Both the position numbers and the translations under genes were made by a program. The notes under the pieces are model-generated. The model saw only the letters and a program-made list of their open reading frames with translations. It was not told where the DNA came from and did not search any database. Below, piece by piece: positions 8,058-19,071 of a stretch of 64,000 bases of DNA (the first letter of the stretch is position 1; every line of letters starts with the position of its first letter). Origin of the DNA: Spirochaetes bacterium RBG_16_49_21 (GTDB taxonomy: Bacteria > Spirochaetota > UBA4802 > UBA5550); assembly GCA_001829495.1 (NCBI GenBank), contig MIBJ01000037.1:39521-103520 (forward strand), given 5' to 3'.

Positions 8058-10511
8058 TTACATCGGCACGCTGGTTTCGGCATCTATCCCGGTGATGTCG
8101 AGCTTCCAGTCGTTGAGCGATCCCTTCCACCGGTCGTAGAGTATCTTCGTCTTCTTCTCGTCTTTGAAGAACCTCTCCGGGTTCTCGAGCGCGAGAAATA
8201 GAACCTCTTCCATGGTGCTGACCGAATGGAATATCATTTTCTCCTTGACGTAGTCGGGTATCTTCTCTAAATCCTTCTCGTTTTCCTGGGGGATGATGAC
8301 ATGGTTGATGTTCGCCCGGTGCGCCGCCAGTATCTTTTCCTTAAGCCCGCCGATCGGGAGCACCTTGCCGCGCAGGGTTATCTCCCCGGTCATGGCGACG
8401 TCGCACCGCACCGGTATCTGGGAAAGGAGCGAGCCGATCACGACCGCCATGGTTATACCCGCCGAGGGGCCGTCTTTAGGGATCGCACCCTCAGGCACGT
8501 GAAGGTGGATATCCCGGCTCCTGACATATTCGTCATTGATCTTGAAAAACTGCTGGTTGGCCTTGATATAGGTGAACGCCGCATGCGCCGACTCCTGCAT
8601 CACCTCTCCCAGCTGGCCGGTGAGGGTGAGTTTCCCCTTCCCCTTGATGAGCAAGGCCTCGATGTTCAGAATATCGCCCCCGACCTCGGTCCAGGCAAGC
8701 CCGTTTGCAAGACCGACCTCGTTTTTCTGCTCTTTGATCCCGTACTTGAACTTAATGGGTCCCAGATACAAGTGCAGGACTTCACCCGTGATACTTTTCT
8801 TAAAGTCATTCCCGTTCAGAACCACCTCCCGGGCGACCTTACGGCATACCTTGGCGATTACCCGCTCAAGGCTTCGTACGCCGGCCTCCCGGGTGTAATG
8901 CCGTATGGCATGGAGTATCATCTCCTCCGGAAAATCGATATTTTCCCGGGCAAGCCCGTTCTCTTCGATCTGCTTGCTGATGAGAAAATTCTTCGCAATC
9001 TTCATCTTTTCCAGCTCGGTATAGCTCGATATCTCAATGATCTCCATCCGGTCAAGGAGGGGCGGCGGTATTTTATGCTGAACGTTCGCCGTGGTGATGA
9101 ACATGACATGGCTCAGATCATAGTTTACCTCCATGTAATGGTCCACGAACGAGTTGTTCTGCTCCGGATCGAGCACCTCCAGAAGAGCTGACGAGGGATC
9201 GCCCCTGAAATCCATGGACATCTTGTCGACCTCGTCGAGAAGTATGAGGGGATTGACGGTCCCCGCCTTTTTCATGAGCTGGATGATCCTGCCGGGAAGC
9301 GCCCCGACATACGTCCTCCGATGCCCCCGGATCTCCGCCTCGTCGCGGACCCCGCCGAGGGACATGCGCACAAAGCGCCTTCCCAGCGCCCGCGCCACCG
9401 ATCTTCCCAGCGACGTCTTGCCCACTCCGGGAGGCCCCACAAAGCAGAGGATCGGGCCCTTCAGCTTTTTGGAAAGCTGCCGCACCGCTATGTATTCGAT
9501 GATCCGCTCTTTAACCTCTTCAAGGCCGTAATGGTCCTCGTTGAGTATCTGCATGGCGTGCTCAATATCCCGGTTGTCCTTGGTCTTCTTATACCAGGGC
9601 ACGTCGCGTAGCCATTCAATATAGTTCCGAACCACTGCCGATTCTGCGGACATGGGGGGCATCTTCTCGAGCCGCTTGACCTCCTGAAGGGCCTTCGCCT
9701 GGGCCTCGGGGCTCATTTTCGCCTCCTCGATCGATTTCTTGAGCTCCTCGATCTCGTCGACCTCGCTGTCCCCCTGGCCGAGCTCTTTTTTAATCACCTT
9801 CATCTGCTCGTTCAGGTAGTATTCCTTCTGGGTCTTTTCCATCTGTTTCCGTACCTGACCCTGGATCTTTTTCTCAATGAACATGATCTCCATTTCGCCG
9901 TTTATGAATTCGACGAGCTTCTGGATTCGCTCTGCCGGGTTGCCGATGTCGAGGATCGACTGCTTGTAGGCGATCTTCATTTCGACGTGCGCGGCTATCA
10001 CGTCGGCCAGATGGGATAAATCTTCTATGCTGGCGGCCGAGGTGAAGGCTTCCTTGGGGACTTTTTTGTTCAGCTTGATATATTTCTCGAAAGCTTCAAG
10101 CAGCGCCTTGTGCAGGGCGAACGTGTCCGCGGTTCCTTCAGCCTCCCTCTCGATATCCCGCACGAATACCGCTATCGTGTCATCGCTGGATATGAATTCC
10201 GACAAATACACCCGCGTTATACCCTCGACAAGCACCTTTATGGTGCCGTCCGGAAGTTTCAGAAGTTGGAGTATCTCGGATACGGTGCCGACATCATACA
10301 GGTCCTGTTTCTGCGGCGAGGATATATGGGCGTCCCGCTGGGTGACCAATACTATAAGACGATCGGCCTTCATCGCGTTGTCGAGCGCCTTTACCGATTT
10401 TTCCCTCCCCACGAAAAGGGGAATCACCATGTGGGGAAATACCACGACATCCCTGAGAGGCAAAAGCGGAAAATTCTTTGAGGTATCAATCGTTTTCATA
10501 TCAGTAGTCAA
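8058..10511 (-). CDS. lon: ATP-dependent Lon protease
   Basis: '[15 protein letters not shown]' Lon N-domain, Walker A 'GPPGVGKTS' and catalytic '[11 protein letters not shown]'. The TTG start at 10511 has an upstream GAGGAGGAG and overlaps the clpX stop. An alternative ATG lies at 10499. Confidence 0.95.
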   Translation of the reverse strand: MTTDMKTIDTSKNFPLLPLRDVVVFPHMVIPLFVGREKSVKALDNAMKADRLIVLVTQRDAHISSPQKQDLYDVGTVSEILQLLKLPDGTIKVLVEGITRVYLSEFISSDDTIAVFVRDIEREAEGTADTFALHKALLEAFEKYIKLNKKVPKEAFTSAASIEDLSHLADVIAAHVEMKIAYKQSILDIGNPAERIQKLVEFINGEMEIMFIEKKIQGQVRKQMEKTQKEYYLNEQMKVIKKELGQGDSEVDEIEELKKSIEEAKMSPEAQAKALQEVKRLEKMPPMSAESAVVRNYIEWLRDVPWYKKTKDNRDIEHAMQILNEDHYGLEEVKERIIEYIAVRQLSKKLKGPILCFVGPPGVGKTSLGRSVARALGRRFVRMSLGGVRDEAEIRGHRRTYVGALPGRIIQLMKKAGTVNPLILLDEVDKMSMDFRGDPSSALLEVLDPEQNNSFVDHYMEVNYDLSHVMFITTANVQHKIPPPLLDRMEIIEISSYTELEKMKIAKNFLISKQIEENGLARENIDFPEEMILHAIRHYTREAGVRSLERVIAKVCRKVAREVVLNGNDFKKSITGEVLHLYLGPIKFKYGIKEQKNEVGLANGLAWTEVGGDILNIEALLIKGKGKLTLTGQLGEVMQESAHAAFTYIKANQQFFKINDEYVRSRDIHLHVPEGAIPKDGPSAGITMAVVIGSLLSQIPVRCDVAMTGEITLRGKVLPIGGLKEKILAAHRANINHVIIPQENEKDLEKIPDYVKEKMIFHSVSTMEEVLFLALENPERFFKDEKKTKILYDRWKGSLNDWKLDITGIDAETSVPM

Positions 10512-11764
10512 GCCGACTTCTCCTCCTCGCGATATACTATATCCGGTCCCTTCTTGCCGACCACCATCTCGCGGGTAACGGTGATCTTCGCGATATTGTT
10601 CATCGATGGGATCTCAAACATCAGATCGAGCATGAGCTTTTCCAGAACCGCCCTGAGTCCGCGGGCTCCCGACTCGCGTTCCAGCGATCGTGAGGCTATC
10701 TCATCAATCGCGCCTTCGGTGAATTCCAGCTCAACGTCTTCAAAGGTGAATATCTTTTTATACTGCTTGGTGAAGGCGTTCATCGGCTCGGTGAGAATTC
10801 GTATCAGAGCATCCTTGCTCAGCTCGTCCAGGATGGCGATAACCGGCAGCCGGCCGACGAACTCCGGTATGAGTCCGTACTTTATCAAGTCCTCGGGTAC
10901 CACGTATCTCAGCGAGTTCTCCCGGTCAGTCTTCTTCTTGGACTTGATATCCGCGCCGAATCCGAGCATCTTATTCCCGATTCTCCGCTCCACAACTTTA
11001 TCCAGGCCGACGAAAGCGCCGCCGCAGATGAAAAGTATGTTCGTCGTGTTGATGGAGATGAATTCCTGATGCGGGTGCTTCCGCCCTCCCTGCGGCGGCA
11101 CATTGGCCACCGTGCCTTCGATGATCTTCAGAAGGGCCTGCTGCACCCCCTCACCGGAGACGTCTCTGGTTATCGAAGGATTATCGGATTTTTTCGAAAT
11201 CTTGTCAATTTCGTCTATATAGACAATGCCGATCTCGGCCTTTTTGACGTCGCCGTCGGCGTTCTGAATGAGCCGGAGGAGGATGTTCTCGACATCCTCG
11301 CCCACGTACCCGGCCTCGGTCAGGGAGGTGGCGTCCGCTATGGCGAAGGGCACCTGCAAAATCCGGGCCAATGTCTGGGCAAGAAGCGTCTTGCCGGAGC
11401 CGGTGGGCCCGGTAAGAAGGATGTTGCTCTTATCCAGCTCGACGTCGTTCTTCTTCAGATTCTTGTTGGAAAAGATCCGCTTATAGTGGTTGTACACGGC
11501 CACCGAGAGTATCTTCTTCGCTTCATTCTGGTCAATGACGTATTTATCTAGGATCTCCTTGATCTCCTTCGGCTTCGGCAGATTCTGAAAATCCTCCTCA
11601 AAAGCCTTGTGCCGGTCCTCAGCGACAATCTCGTTGCAGAGCTCGATGCATTCGTCGCAGATATACACATCCGGACCCGCGACAAGCTTTTTCACGATAT
11701 CCTGGCTCTTGCCGCAAAAGGAGCAATTCAGCTTTGAATTTTCATCTTTCTTTTTCGACGACAT
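10508..11764 (-). CDS. clpX: ATP-dependent Clp protease ATP-binding subunit ClpX
   Basis: Zinc ribbon 'CSFCGK...YICDECI', Walker A 'GPTGSGKT' and 'IVYIDEIDK'. I prefer the ATG at 11764 (SD GAAGGAG 6 nt upstream) to the track start 11794, which overlaps clpP. Confidence 0.95.
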   Translation of the reverse strand: MSSKKKDENSKLNCSFCGKSQDIVKKLVAGPDVYICDECIELCNEIVAEDRHKAFEEDFQNLPKPKEIKEILDKYVIDQNEAKKILSVAVYNHYKRIFSNKNLKKNDVELDKSNILLTGPTGSGKTLLAQTLARILQVPFAIADATSLTEAGYVGEDVENILLRLIQNADGDVKKAEIGIVYIDEIDKISKKSDNPSITRDVSGEGVQQALLKIIEGTVANVPPQGGRKHPHQEFISINTTNILFICGGAFVGLDKVVERRIGNKMLGFGADIKSKKKTDRENSLRYVVPEDLIKYGLIPEFVGRLPVIAILDELSKDALIRILTEPMNAFTKQYKKIFTFEDVELEFTEGAIDEIASRSLERESGARGLRAVLEKLMLDLMFEIPSMNNIAKITVTREMVVGKKGPDIVYREEEKSA

Positions 11765-11780
11765 AACATCTCCTTCAAAC

Positions 11781-12362
11781 TTAGGTGCGTTCAATGACTT
11801 TATCTATAAGCCCGTAGTCCCTGGCCTCCTGAGCGGACATGAAATAATCCCGGTCCACATCGTGCTCTATCTTGTCAAGGGGCTGGCCGGTATGCTGGGC
11901 GTATATCTCATTCAGCTTCTGCTTGATTTTAATGATTTCCTTCGCATGAATCTCGATGTCGGAAGCCTGGCCCTGGAATCCTCCGGCAGGCTGATGAATC
12001 ATTATCCGCGAATTGGGAAGCGCCGATCGCTTGCCCTTCCTACCAGCAGAAAGAAGAAGCGATCCCATGGAAGCTGCCTGGCCGATGCAGATCGTCGCCA
12101 CATCCGGCTTGATATACTGCATGGTGTCGTAAATGGCCAGGCCGGAGGTAACGACCCCGCCCGGACAGTTGACGTAAAGGTAAATATCCTTATCCGGATC
12201 CTCGGCCTCAAGAAACAGCATCTGTGCTATGACGAGGCTGGAGATATGATCATCGATGGCTTCTCCAAGAAAAATGATTCTGTCCTTAAGCAACCGGGAA
12301 TATATATCATAAGACCGCTCTCCCCGATTTGTCTGTTCAACGACTATTGGTACTAAACTCAT
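11781..12362 (-). CDS. clpP: ATP-dependent Clp protease proteolytic subunit ClpP
   Basis: '[16 protein letters not shown]', catalytic 'GQAASMGS' and 'IMIHQP'. Confidence 0.95.
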   Translation of the reverse strand: MSLVPIVVEQTNRGERSYDIYSRLLKDRIIFLGEAIDDHISSLVIAQMLFLEAEDPDKDIYLYVNCPGGVVTSGLAIYDTMQYIKPDVATICIGQAASMGSLLLSAGRKGKRSALPNSRIMIHQPAGGFQGQASDIEIHAKEIIKIKQKLNEIYAQHTGQPLDKIEHDVDRDYFMSAQEARDYGLIDKVIERT

Positions 12363-12667
12363 ATCCGTATCACCTTAGATCGTATTAAATGTATTGTTCC
12401 ACGCACTTCCGCTCTTACACACGCCCTAATATTCAATATAATATAAATTATATTTAGAATCCACTAAATTTCTACGCCCCCTCTCTCTATCTAAAATTAA
12501 TGTCGGCATCGCCAATATTATATAAGAATATATTTTTATACGTTTTTGTTACCTAACGCAGCCAGCGGCTGTCATCAAAAGTCCCTTTTCTTAACACATT
12601 AGACCTTTTGCGAAACTCATTCATATATCAAGTAATTAATTTCAATAATGAAGAAATTTCGGCTTAA

Positions 12668-14011
12668 TTATTTTCCCCGGTTTTTTAGAAACTCATCCAG
12701 GGATACCGGCTTACGGCCCTTGATTTTGGCATTCTTGTATATGAACTCCATGGCGCTGTCAAGCAGCAGCTCTGACTCGATATTGTGCCGCGAATCGTTC
12801 TCTGCAACGATCTTTTCAATCTCCGCCGCCGTCTTGTTGTTGTTCTTGGCGATAGTCTCTATCACCTCTTTAAACCGGTTCTCATCAATCTTCAATTCCT
12901 CTTTTCTGGCTATCTCCATCAGGGCAAGCGATGTCTTGATCATCCGAGCCGCCCTCTCCCGAAGATCATTCCTGAAAACTTCGGGGTCCTGGCCGACTGC
13001 TGCCGCGAATTTCTCCATATCGTCGGAACGATATCCGATGCTCTCCTGGGCCTTCAGAAACAGTTCATTCATCTCGTTTGCTATCATGGTCTCCGGTATG
13101 TCGAACCTGCTCTCCTCCACGATCTCTTTGAGTATCTCGCCCTTGGCGTCGCCCCGGGCACGCCCGGTGACATATTTCTCAAGCTGCTCCCGTGTCTTTG
13201 CAGTAAATTCCTCTATCGATTCATATCCGACTTTCTTGGCAAATTCCTCATTCAATTCCGGGAGCACGATTTCGCCGATCTCCGATATCACGACATGGTA
13301 GGTAACCTTCTGGCCCGCAAGGTCATCCGGGTAATAGCTTTTCGGATACTTTATGTCGATATTCCTTTCTTCGTTTATAATCATTCCCGTGATATGCTTG
13401 TCCAGAGCCGACTCGTCCTTGCTCTTGCCCGCCACGATCGAATACTCCTTGAATTCCACCTTGTCGAGATCAGCCTGTTCCACGTCATCGATTCTTTTCA
13501 CCTTTAGCCTTACCAGGTCGCCGTTCTGCACTGCGGCGCCGTCATCCTTTTTGTTGATCTTCGCATAGCGTTCCCTGACGGCATCGATCTCGGCCTCGAC
13601 GTCAGCATCGGTTATGGTACATACAGCCTCCTCGGCTGCAATGCCTTTGTATCTCCCCAGTTCAACCGTGGGGGATATCTCGAAAATGGCTTTAAAGGTA
13701 AACGGCTTATCGCGGAAGACGACGTCGAACTCGTATCGCGGCAACCCTATGGGTCTGAGGTGCTTCTCCTGTATGGCTTCTATAAAGGTATTCGTGAGCA
13801 GATTTTCAGCAACTTCCTTATCTGCTTCTTTCTTGAACCTGTTCTCGACTATATGCAGAGGAGCTCTGCCCTTCCTGAATCCGTCGATCTTGACCGTATT
13901 TTTAAGCTTGTCGAAAACTGCCGTATACGCTGATTCCACCTTTTCGACCGGAACATCAATCCGCAGCTCTATAGTAGCATTTTCCAATTTTTTCTCTGAA
14001 ATATTCAACAT
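12668..14011 (-). CDS. tig: trigger factor
   Basis: 447 aa. 'FRKGRAPLHIVE' is the ribosome-binding signature (GFRxGxxP-like). Sits in the conserved position upstream of clpP-clpX-lon. Confidence 0.9.
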   Translation of the reverse strand: MLNISEKKLENATIELRIDVPVEKVESAYTAVFDKLKNTVKIDGFRKGRAPLHIVENRFKKEADKEVAENLLTNTFIEAIQEKHLRPIGLPRYEFDVVFRDKPFTFKAIFEISPTVELGRYKGIAAEEAVCTITDADVEAEIDAVRERYAKINKKDDGAAVQNGDLVRLKVKRIDDVEQADLDKVEFKEYSIVAGKSKDESALDKHITGMIINEERNIDIKYPKSYYPDDLAGQKVTYHVVISEIGEIVLPELNEEFAKKVGYESIEEFTAKTREQLEKYVTGRARGDAKGEILKEIVEESRFDIPETMIANEMNELFLKAQESIGYRSDDMEKFAAAVGQDPEVFRNDLRERAARMIKTSLALMEIARKEELKIDENRFKEVIETIAKNNNKTAAEIEKIVAENDSRHNIESELLLDSAMEFIYKNAKIKGRKPVSLDEFLKNRGK

Positions 14012-14111
14012 GGCATCCTCTGTTCGGCATACAACCGATATTGTTACAATTAGTTAATCACTGACTTTAGAGTCAAATATTTTTTATCTGTATGTTTTTG
14101 ACCCCCCTACC

Positions 14112-14147
14112 AAAAACCGCCCGCGGCATTTGCCGCGGGCGGTTTTT
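14112..14147 (-). terminator. hairpin terminator between the tRNA pair and tig (sequence-symmetric, so potentially bidirectional)
   Basis: AAAAA-CCGCCCGCGGCA-TT-TGCCGCGGGCGG-TTTTT: a 12 bp GC-rich stem flanked by A and T runs. Confidence 0.65.
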
Positions 14148-14158
14148 CTCCCCCACTG

Positions 14159-14230
<72 letters not shown>

Positions 14231-14235
14231 ATAAA

Positions 14236-14317
14236 TGCGAGCGAAGGGAATCGAACCCCCACGCCTTGCGGCACTAGATCCTAAATCTAGCGTGTCTGCC
14301 AGTTCCACCACGCTCGC
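14236..14317 (-). tRNA. tRNA-Leu (anticodon UAG), long variable arm
   Basis: Reverse complement GCGAGCGTGGTGGAACTGGCAGACACGCTAGATTTAGGATCTAG...GGTTCGATTCCCTTCGCTCGCA. Anticodon stem CTAGA/TCTAG with loop TTTAGGA. Confidence 0.85.
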
Positions 14318-14453
14318 ACGGAAGCTGTAACAAATAGGGGCTCACCCTCTTAAAAATACAAGTTTTTTTTATTTTCATTTTCTCATTGAAATCTATGCGT
14401 AGAGAATAATTAATAACAATGAGGTTCATCGTCAATTAAAAAATTTAGAAAAA

Positions 14454-15182
14454 ATGGATCTTAATATTCTATACGAAGATAACCACCTCATTGTTGTGGA
14501 GAAGAAACCCGGCATCCTTTCGCAGCGCGACAGCTCGGGGGTCCCTTCTCTTCTTGATTATGTAAAAGAATATATTAAAAAAAAATATAAAAAGCCCGGC
14601 AATGTATTTCTCGGCCTTGTGCACCGGCTCGACAAGCAGGCCTCGGGGATTGTGGTTTTTGCGCGTACATCAAAAGCGGCACGGCGCCTCCACCGCGAAT
14701 TCGCCGAACGGTGTGCCGTAAAAATGTATGCGGCCCTGGTCGAAAATAATGGCTCGGCCGAGCCGGGGAAATGGATCGAACGCTCGGATCTGCTGACCCG
14801 CACGCGGGGGCGTTCGCAGATCGGGGGAATTGCCGGCAGGGGCGCGCAATCGGCACGAATGAGATTCATGGTGATGGCGGCAAATGACGCCTTTGCGCTC
14901 ATCCTGGTTCATCTCATGACCGGCAGAAAACATCAGATCCGGGCCCAGCTGGGCGCGACGGGAATGCCGGTCGCGGGGGACGTACGATACGGCTCCCGGC
15001 TCCGGTGCGCGGATGATTCAATTTGCCTGCATAGCCTGTATCTGAGCTTTATGCATCCCACAAAAAAAGAGCCGGTCTCGATATATTCCGTAATACCGGA
15101 GCGGATAACCGAAAAGATCGTAATTGATAAAGCCCTGCAGGAGCGAATATGGCAGGTAATCCTGACACAAAGCTCCGTCTGA
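14454..15182 (+). CDS. RluA-family pseudouridine synthase (no S4 domain)
   Basis: 'ILYEDNHLIVVEKKPGI', catalytic 'HRLDKQASGIVVFARTSKAARRL' and 'HQIRAQL'. Confidence 0.9.
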   Translation: MDLNILYEDNHLIVVEKKPGILSQRDSSGVPSLLDYVKEYIKKKYKKPGNVFLGLVHRLDKQASGIVVFARTSKAARRLHREFAERCAVKMYAALVENNGSAEPGKWIERSDLLTRTRGRSQIGGIAGRGAQSARMRFMVMAANDAFALILVHLMTGRKHQIRAQLGATGMPVAGDVRYGSRLRCADDSICLHSLYLSFMHPTKKEPVSIYSVIPERITEKIVIDKALQERIWQVILTQSSV

Positions 15183-15249
15183 CCGCAATAAATCTCTCTT
15201 GACAAATTACGATTATGAAGAAGGGTTATAATCAATAAGGAAAATCGCC

Positions 15250-16116
15250 ATGCCGAAAGATGATAATGAATTCGACTCCCTTTTCGAGAATGAAGAACCG
15301 GACAATAAAGTCAAAAAGATTGAAAAGCTCTTCGCCTTTGACGACAAGCTGCAGCATGAAAAGATTGAAAAGGCCGAAGAAGCCCCCAGGGCAAAGCCCG
15401 TGCAGGAAGGTGCTCCCAAGAAGAAGAGAACTTCCGAAGACTTTGAACCCGACATGGACGCCCTCCTCATCACCGCGCAATCACCGCTCATCATCGAGGG
15501 ACTCAAATACCTGACACGGAATGACTTTTCCGGCGACACGCTCCGGATATACGCCGAGGCGGTCAAGGGAGTCGAGATCTTTATAAAAATTCTGGAGCGG
15601 AATCCGAACAACTACTACAAGCTTTCAGCGGTTATTAAAACAGACGTCGATTGCAAGGAAATCGAGAACGTGGCCCTGAAGTTATATAAAATGAAGCACC
15701 GCTACAATCCCCAGACGGACAATCAGATACTCCAGGCGTACGAGATGCTCAGAAACAGGCTCAAGATCGGGTACAACAAGGTTCTGCTCAGCTCGTCGAT
15801 GATCGGTATTAAAAAATACTTTTTGCTTTCAGGAAACCTGAACCAGGAGAAAGCAGCGGATCTGATCCTAAAAAAGGATAAGGAATTCAGGGACGATATC
15901 GAACAATTCACCCAGCATCTCAATGTTGCGATCCGGCTCACGAAGATCGGCGATTATGAGATCAGCAAGGGACTCCGGGGCAGAGATCTGAATGCCTTTA
16001 TCATCAGGGCGAGCCATCTGCTCGCGTATTATTTCCACGTCATCGGGGACACTAAATCGGAAGAGCATTACCGGCGTGTTCACGAGAACCACAAGAAGTA
16101 CTTCATCACCCGGTAA
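15250..16116 (+). CDS. hypothetical protein (acidic/Lys-rich N-terminus, helical C-terminal domain)
   Basis: 288 aa uninterrupted ORF with coding-like composition and SD-like AAGGAAAA upstream. I recognise no motif. Confidence 0.6.
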   Translation: MPKDDNEFDSLFENEEPDNKVKKIEKLFAFDDKLQHEKIEKAEEAPRAKPVQEGAPKKKRTSEDFEPDMDALLITAQSPLIIEGLKYLTRNDFSGDTLRIYAEAVKGVEIFIKILERNPNNYYKLSAVIKTDVDCKEIENVALKLYKMKHRYNPQTDNQILQAYEMLRNRLKIGYNKVLLSSSMIGIKKYFLLSGNLNQEKAADLILKKDKEFRDDIEQFTQHLNVAIRLTKIGDYEISKGLRGRDLNAFIIRASHLLAYYFHVIGDTKSEEHYRRVHENHKKYFITR

Positions 16117-16147
16117 AAAGAACGCACAATAATTATTCAGCTATAAT

Positions 16148-16266
16148 AATGGAACCGCCGATGGACGCTGCCTCGACTCCGCTCGGCAACCGGATGGCTT
16201 TTTACCATCAAGCAAATCGGTTGGTGAGCCTGTCGAACCATCGGCGTGAATCGGCGGTTACCGCCA
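16148..16266. repeat. ~115 bp imperfect palindromic (highly structured) intergenic element between convergent genes
   Basis: Outer arms GGAACCGCCGATGG / CCATCGGCG..ATCGGCGGTTACC. Nested pairs CAACCG/CGGTTG and GATGG/CCATC. Confidence 0.5.
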
Positions 16267-16268
16267 GT

Positions 16269-17420
16269 TCAAAGGAGCGGCTCGACAATGCGGTAGATGA
16301 CGGAATCGGCAAACATGATTCCCGTTTCGGAGAGGCGCATCCTGGCGTCACTCCCGATTTCGTCAAGGACAACCATGCCGCCGGAATGGGCTTCTCCTAT
16401 CCGCTCCATCACCGCCTGCGGCAGGGTATAATCGAGCAGCCGTTCCATGTCCCGGATCGACATTCCGGAAAGAAGCCGCAGCCCGGTCATCATACATTCA
16501 ACCGCAGCCGACTCCGGCGTTCTGGCATCCTTCTTTAGAAGGGTGCTGTCCGACCTGACATAATCAGCTACCGGCATGCAATTGGAGGTGCGCTCGCCGT
16601 CAATGAATGAGCAGGAGCCCGGACCGAACCCGATGTAGGGATCGAACTTCCAGTACTTCAGATTATGGCGTGACTGAAGCCCGGGAAGCGCGTAGTTAGA
16701 TATTTCATAGTGCTCATATCCATGATCCCGAAGCAGGGAGCCGGTCATCCTGAACAGCCGTGCCTGCTCGACCTCGGAATCGGGGCATATCGAAAGCCTT
16801 CTGCTTAAGGGGGTATTCTTCTCTATGGAAAGCAGGTAAGCGGATATATGTGAAGGACGGTAGCCCGCTGCGGTATCTATATCCCGACGAAGCTCTTCTT
16901 CATTCTGCGACGGAATCCCGGTTATGACGTCTACACAATGCTGAAAGCCTCCTGAGCTGAAAAAAAGATCAAGCACCTTTGTAGTACACACCGCTCCCGA
17001 GCGACCGATGATCGCGTGAAGCCTCTCGGACAGGGTCTGCATTCCCAGCACGATACGGTTCACGCCAGCATCCTCAAACCTGGCCAGCTTTTCGCCGGAG
17101 ACGTCTTCCGGGTTCATCTCAAGGGTAATCTCGGCATGAGGATCAACGGTCGCGCGCTCCTGTATCGAACGGAGTATGGCATGGATCTGGGCTTCTGTAA
17201 GCAATGAGGGCGTGCCGCCCCCGAAATAAACCGTATCGGCACTTGTCCCCCTCCCCCTGCTGCCGAGCCGCTCGTCGATTTCCCTGACGAGCCGTGTCCC
17301 ATATGAATCCGGCACCCTGATGCAGGAATCAAATCCGCACACCGGAACGGAATAGAAGCTGCAATAATCGCATTTCCTTCTACAAAAGGGGATATGGATA
17401 TATATACCATGCGGCTTCAC
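16269..17420 (-). CDS. hemW: radical SAM haem chaperone / oxygen-independent coproporphyrinogen-III oxidase-like protein (HemW/HemN family)
   Basis: 'IYIHIPFCRRKCDYCSF' (CX3CX2C) and 'YFGGGTPS'. I prefer the GTG at 17420, which forms a GTGA overlap with the upstream gene's stop, to the track ATG at 17480, which overlaps by 64 nt. Confidence 0.85.
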   Translation of the reverse strand: MKPHGIYIHIPFCRRKCDYCSFYSVPVCGFDSCIRVPDSYGTRLVREIDERLGSRGRGTSADTVYFGGGTPSLLTEAQIHAILRSIQERATVDPHAEITLEMNPEDVSGEKLARFEDAGVNRIVLGMQTLSERLHAIIGRSGAVCTTKVLDLFFSSGGFQHCVDVITGIPSQNEEELRRDIDTAAGYRPSHISAYLLSIEKNTPLSRRLSICPDSEVEQARLFRMTGSLLRDHGYEHYEISNYALPGLQSRHNLKYWKFDPYIGFGPGSCSFIDGERTSNCMPVADYVRSDSTLLKKDARTPESAAVECMMTGLRLLSGMSIRDMERLLDYTLPQAVMERIGEAHSGGMVVLDEIGSDARMRLSETGIMFADSVIYRIVEPLL

Positions 17421-19051
17421 TTTTTTATCCCCAAATCCAGACCTGCGTCCAGCTTCGGCCGGAACCGTCCGTTCAGACATAAGCCCAACTGGCGAAGCGA
17501 TTCATCGGTGTCCGAAAAGGAGAGCAATCCCGCCTTGACGATTCCCGATGCAGCCAGGGGAAAGGGGTTGCCGCTTGAGATCACAACAAGGTCGATCCCC
17601 CTTTTTTTGCAGTATCCGGCGACTGTTTTTATATAGTTCAGATCAGGCTCGACAACGTGAAGATAGAGGATTATTTTCCCTCCTCTTGCCGTACAGCGCT
17701 GCAGGCCGGGGAAGCTGCACAGAACGTTCCTCTTCTTCCCGGCGAGGATTTCCCGCAGCCGAGGAGAAGAGGTGATGAATATTCTCGCGGCATTCTCGCC
17801 GGGATATAATAATTTGATGTCGCCGAAATAGATGAGGCCCGTTCGTGAAAGCTCCGAATTCACGCGGCCGGCGCTCCCCAGAATCTTTTCCCCATCATCC
17901 GTCATGATGAATCTCCCCGCACCGATTCTCCCTTCCTCATACGTCATTATGCCGTAACGGATCTTCGCCTCCAGAATCCTTTTGACCGATTCATTGATCC
18001 GCTCTGCGGAGATGCGCTTAAGAGCCACCGCCCGCTTGATAGCGCTCACGATGACCTGAAGATCGCTGCCGTACGAGCTGAGGAGCACGATATCCGCTCC
18101 GGCGAGTATCGACCGTACCGCCGCCTCGCCCAGCTCCTCCCTGCTTGAGATGGCTGCCATCTCAAGATCGTCCGTGATGATCAGGCCGTTGAATTTCAGC
18201 TCTTCCCGCAACAGGCGGGTCAGAAACAGCGGCGAAATTGTGGCCGGATCGCCGTTCCCCAGAATCAGCGGATAGGAAACGTGCGCGGTCATGATGCATT
18301 CCACACCTGCGGCTATGGCCTTTTGGAACGGCACAAGCTCGATGCGGCCGAGCCGCTTCATGCTGCTGCGGATGACCGGCAGGGTGTAATGCGAATCGGA
18401 GTCCGTGTCGCCATGGCCGGGGAAATGCTTTCCCACCGATATGCAGCGCGAATCCTGAATTCCCCTGACATAGCAGGCCCCGATGTCCGCCACCAGGCGG
18501 GGATCGGAGCCGAATGAGCGGGTATTGATCACCGGATTGGAGGGATTATTATTCACGTCCAGTACCGGCGCCAGGTTCATGTTGACGCCGCTCCTCCGGA
18601 GCTCCAGCCCCAGAATCCTGCCCCATTCGTAAACCAGGCCGCAGTCCCCACTGATCCCGGCAGCCATGTTGCCCGGGAACTGGGTCACGCCCGATCTGAT
18701 CCTCACAACCCTCCCCCCTTCCTGGTCGATGGATATAAAGAGGGGTATCCCGGAATTCCGGATCGAGGCATCGTGGAGATCCGTGACGAATGCCCTATTA
18801 TTGCCAAAGGTCGTCAGGTTCCGGCCGAATAAAATTATGCCTCCCGGCAGGTTCTCCGTGATAATCGATTCGGCTTTCCGGTTCATCCTGCTCCCGGGAA
18901 CGCCGACCATGACCATCTGACCCACTTTCTGCTCAAGCCTCAATGCAGCGGTAAGAGCTTCGGCTTCCCGATAATATCGTTCTTGAGCGCAGCTTGCGAA
19001 AACGCTTGCGGTTATGAACGGAAGCAGGATTAATTTTTTTATTGAAGACAC
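17417..19051 (-). CDS. glycoside hydrolase family 3 lipoprotein (NagZ-like beta-N-acetylhexosaminidase) with extra C-terminal domain
   Basis: Signal peptide plus lipobox 'VFASC'. GH3 motifs 'SIDQEGGRV' and 'KHFPGHGDTDSDSH'. Confidence 0.85.
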   Translation of the reverse strand: MSSIKKLILLPFITASVFASCAQERYYREAEALTAALRLEQKVGQMVMVGVPGSRMNRKAESIITENLPGGIILFGRNLTTFGNNRAFVTDLHDASIRNSGIPLFISIDQEGGRVVRIRSGVTQFPGNMAAGISGDCGLVYEWGRILGLELRRSGVNMNLAPVLDVNNNPSNPVINTRSFGSDPRLVADIGACYVRGIQDSRCISVGKHFPGHGDTDSDSHYTLPVIRSSMKRLGRIELVPFQKAIAAGVECIMTAHVSYPLILGNGDPATISPLFLTRLLREELKFNGLIITDDLEMAAISSREELGEAAVRSILAGADIVLLSSYGSDLQVIVSAIKRAVALKRISAERINESVKRILEAKIRYGIMTYEEGRIGAGRFIMTDDGEKILGSAGRVNSELSRTGLIYFGDIKLLYPGENAARIFITSSPRLREILAGKKRNVLCSFPGLQRCTARGGKIILYLHVVEPDLNYIKTVAGYCKKRGIDLVVISSGNPFPLAASGIVKAGLLSFSDTDESLRQLGLCLNGRFRPKLDAGLDLGIKK

Positions 19052-19071
19052 CTTTGCCTCATCATTTTCAA

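Noticed and set aside
12363-12667. The 305 bp AT-rich gap between tig and clpP as a possible ncRNA or CIRCE-type heat-shock operator.
   Set aside because: I saw no CIRCE-like inverted repeat (TTAGCACTC-N9-GAGTGCTAA), no strong conserved-looking structure, and no repeat shared with other gaps. It is most simply the clpP promoter region.
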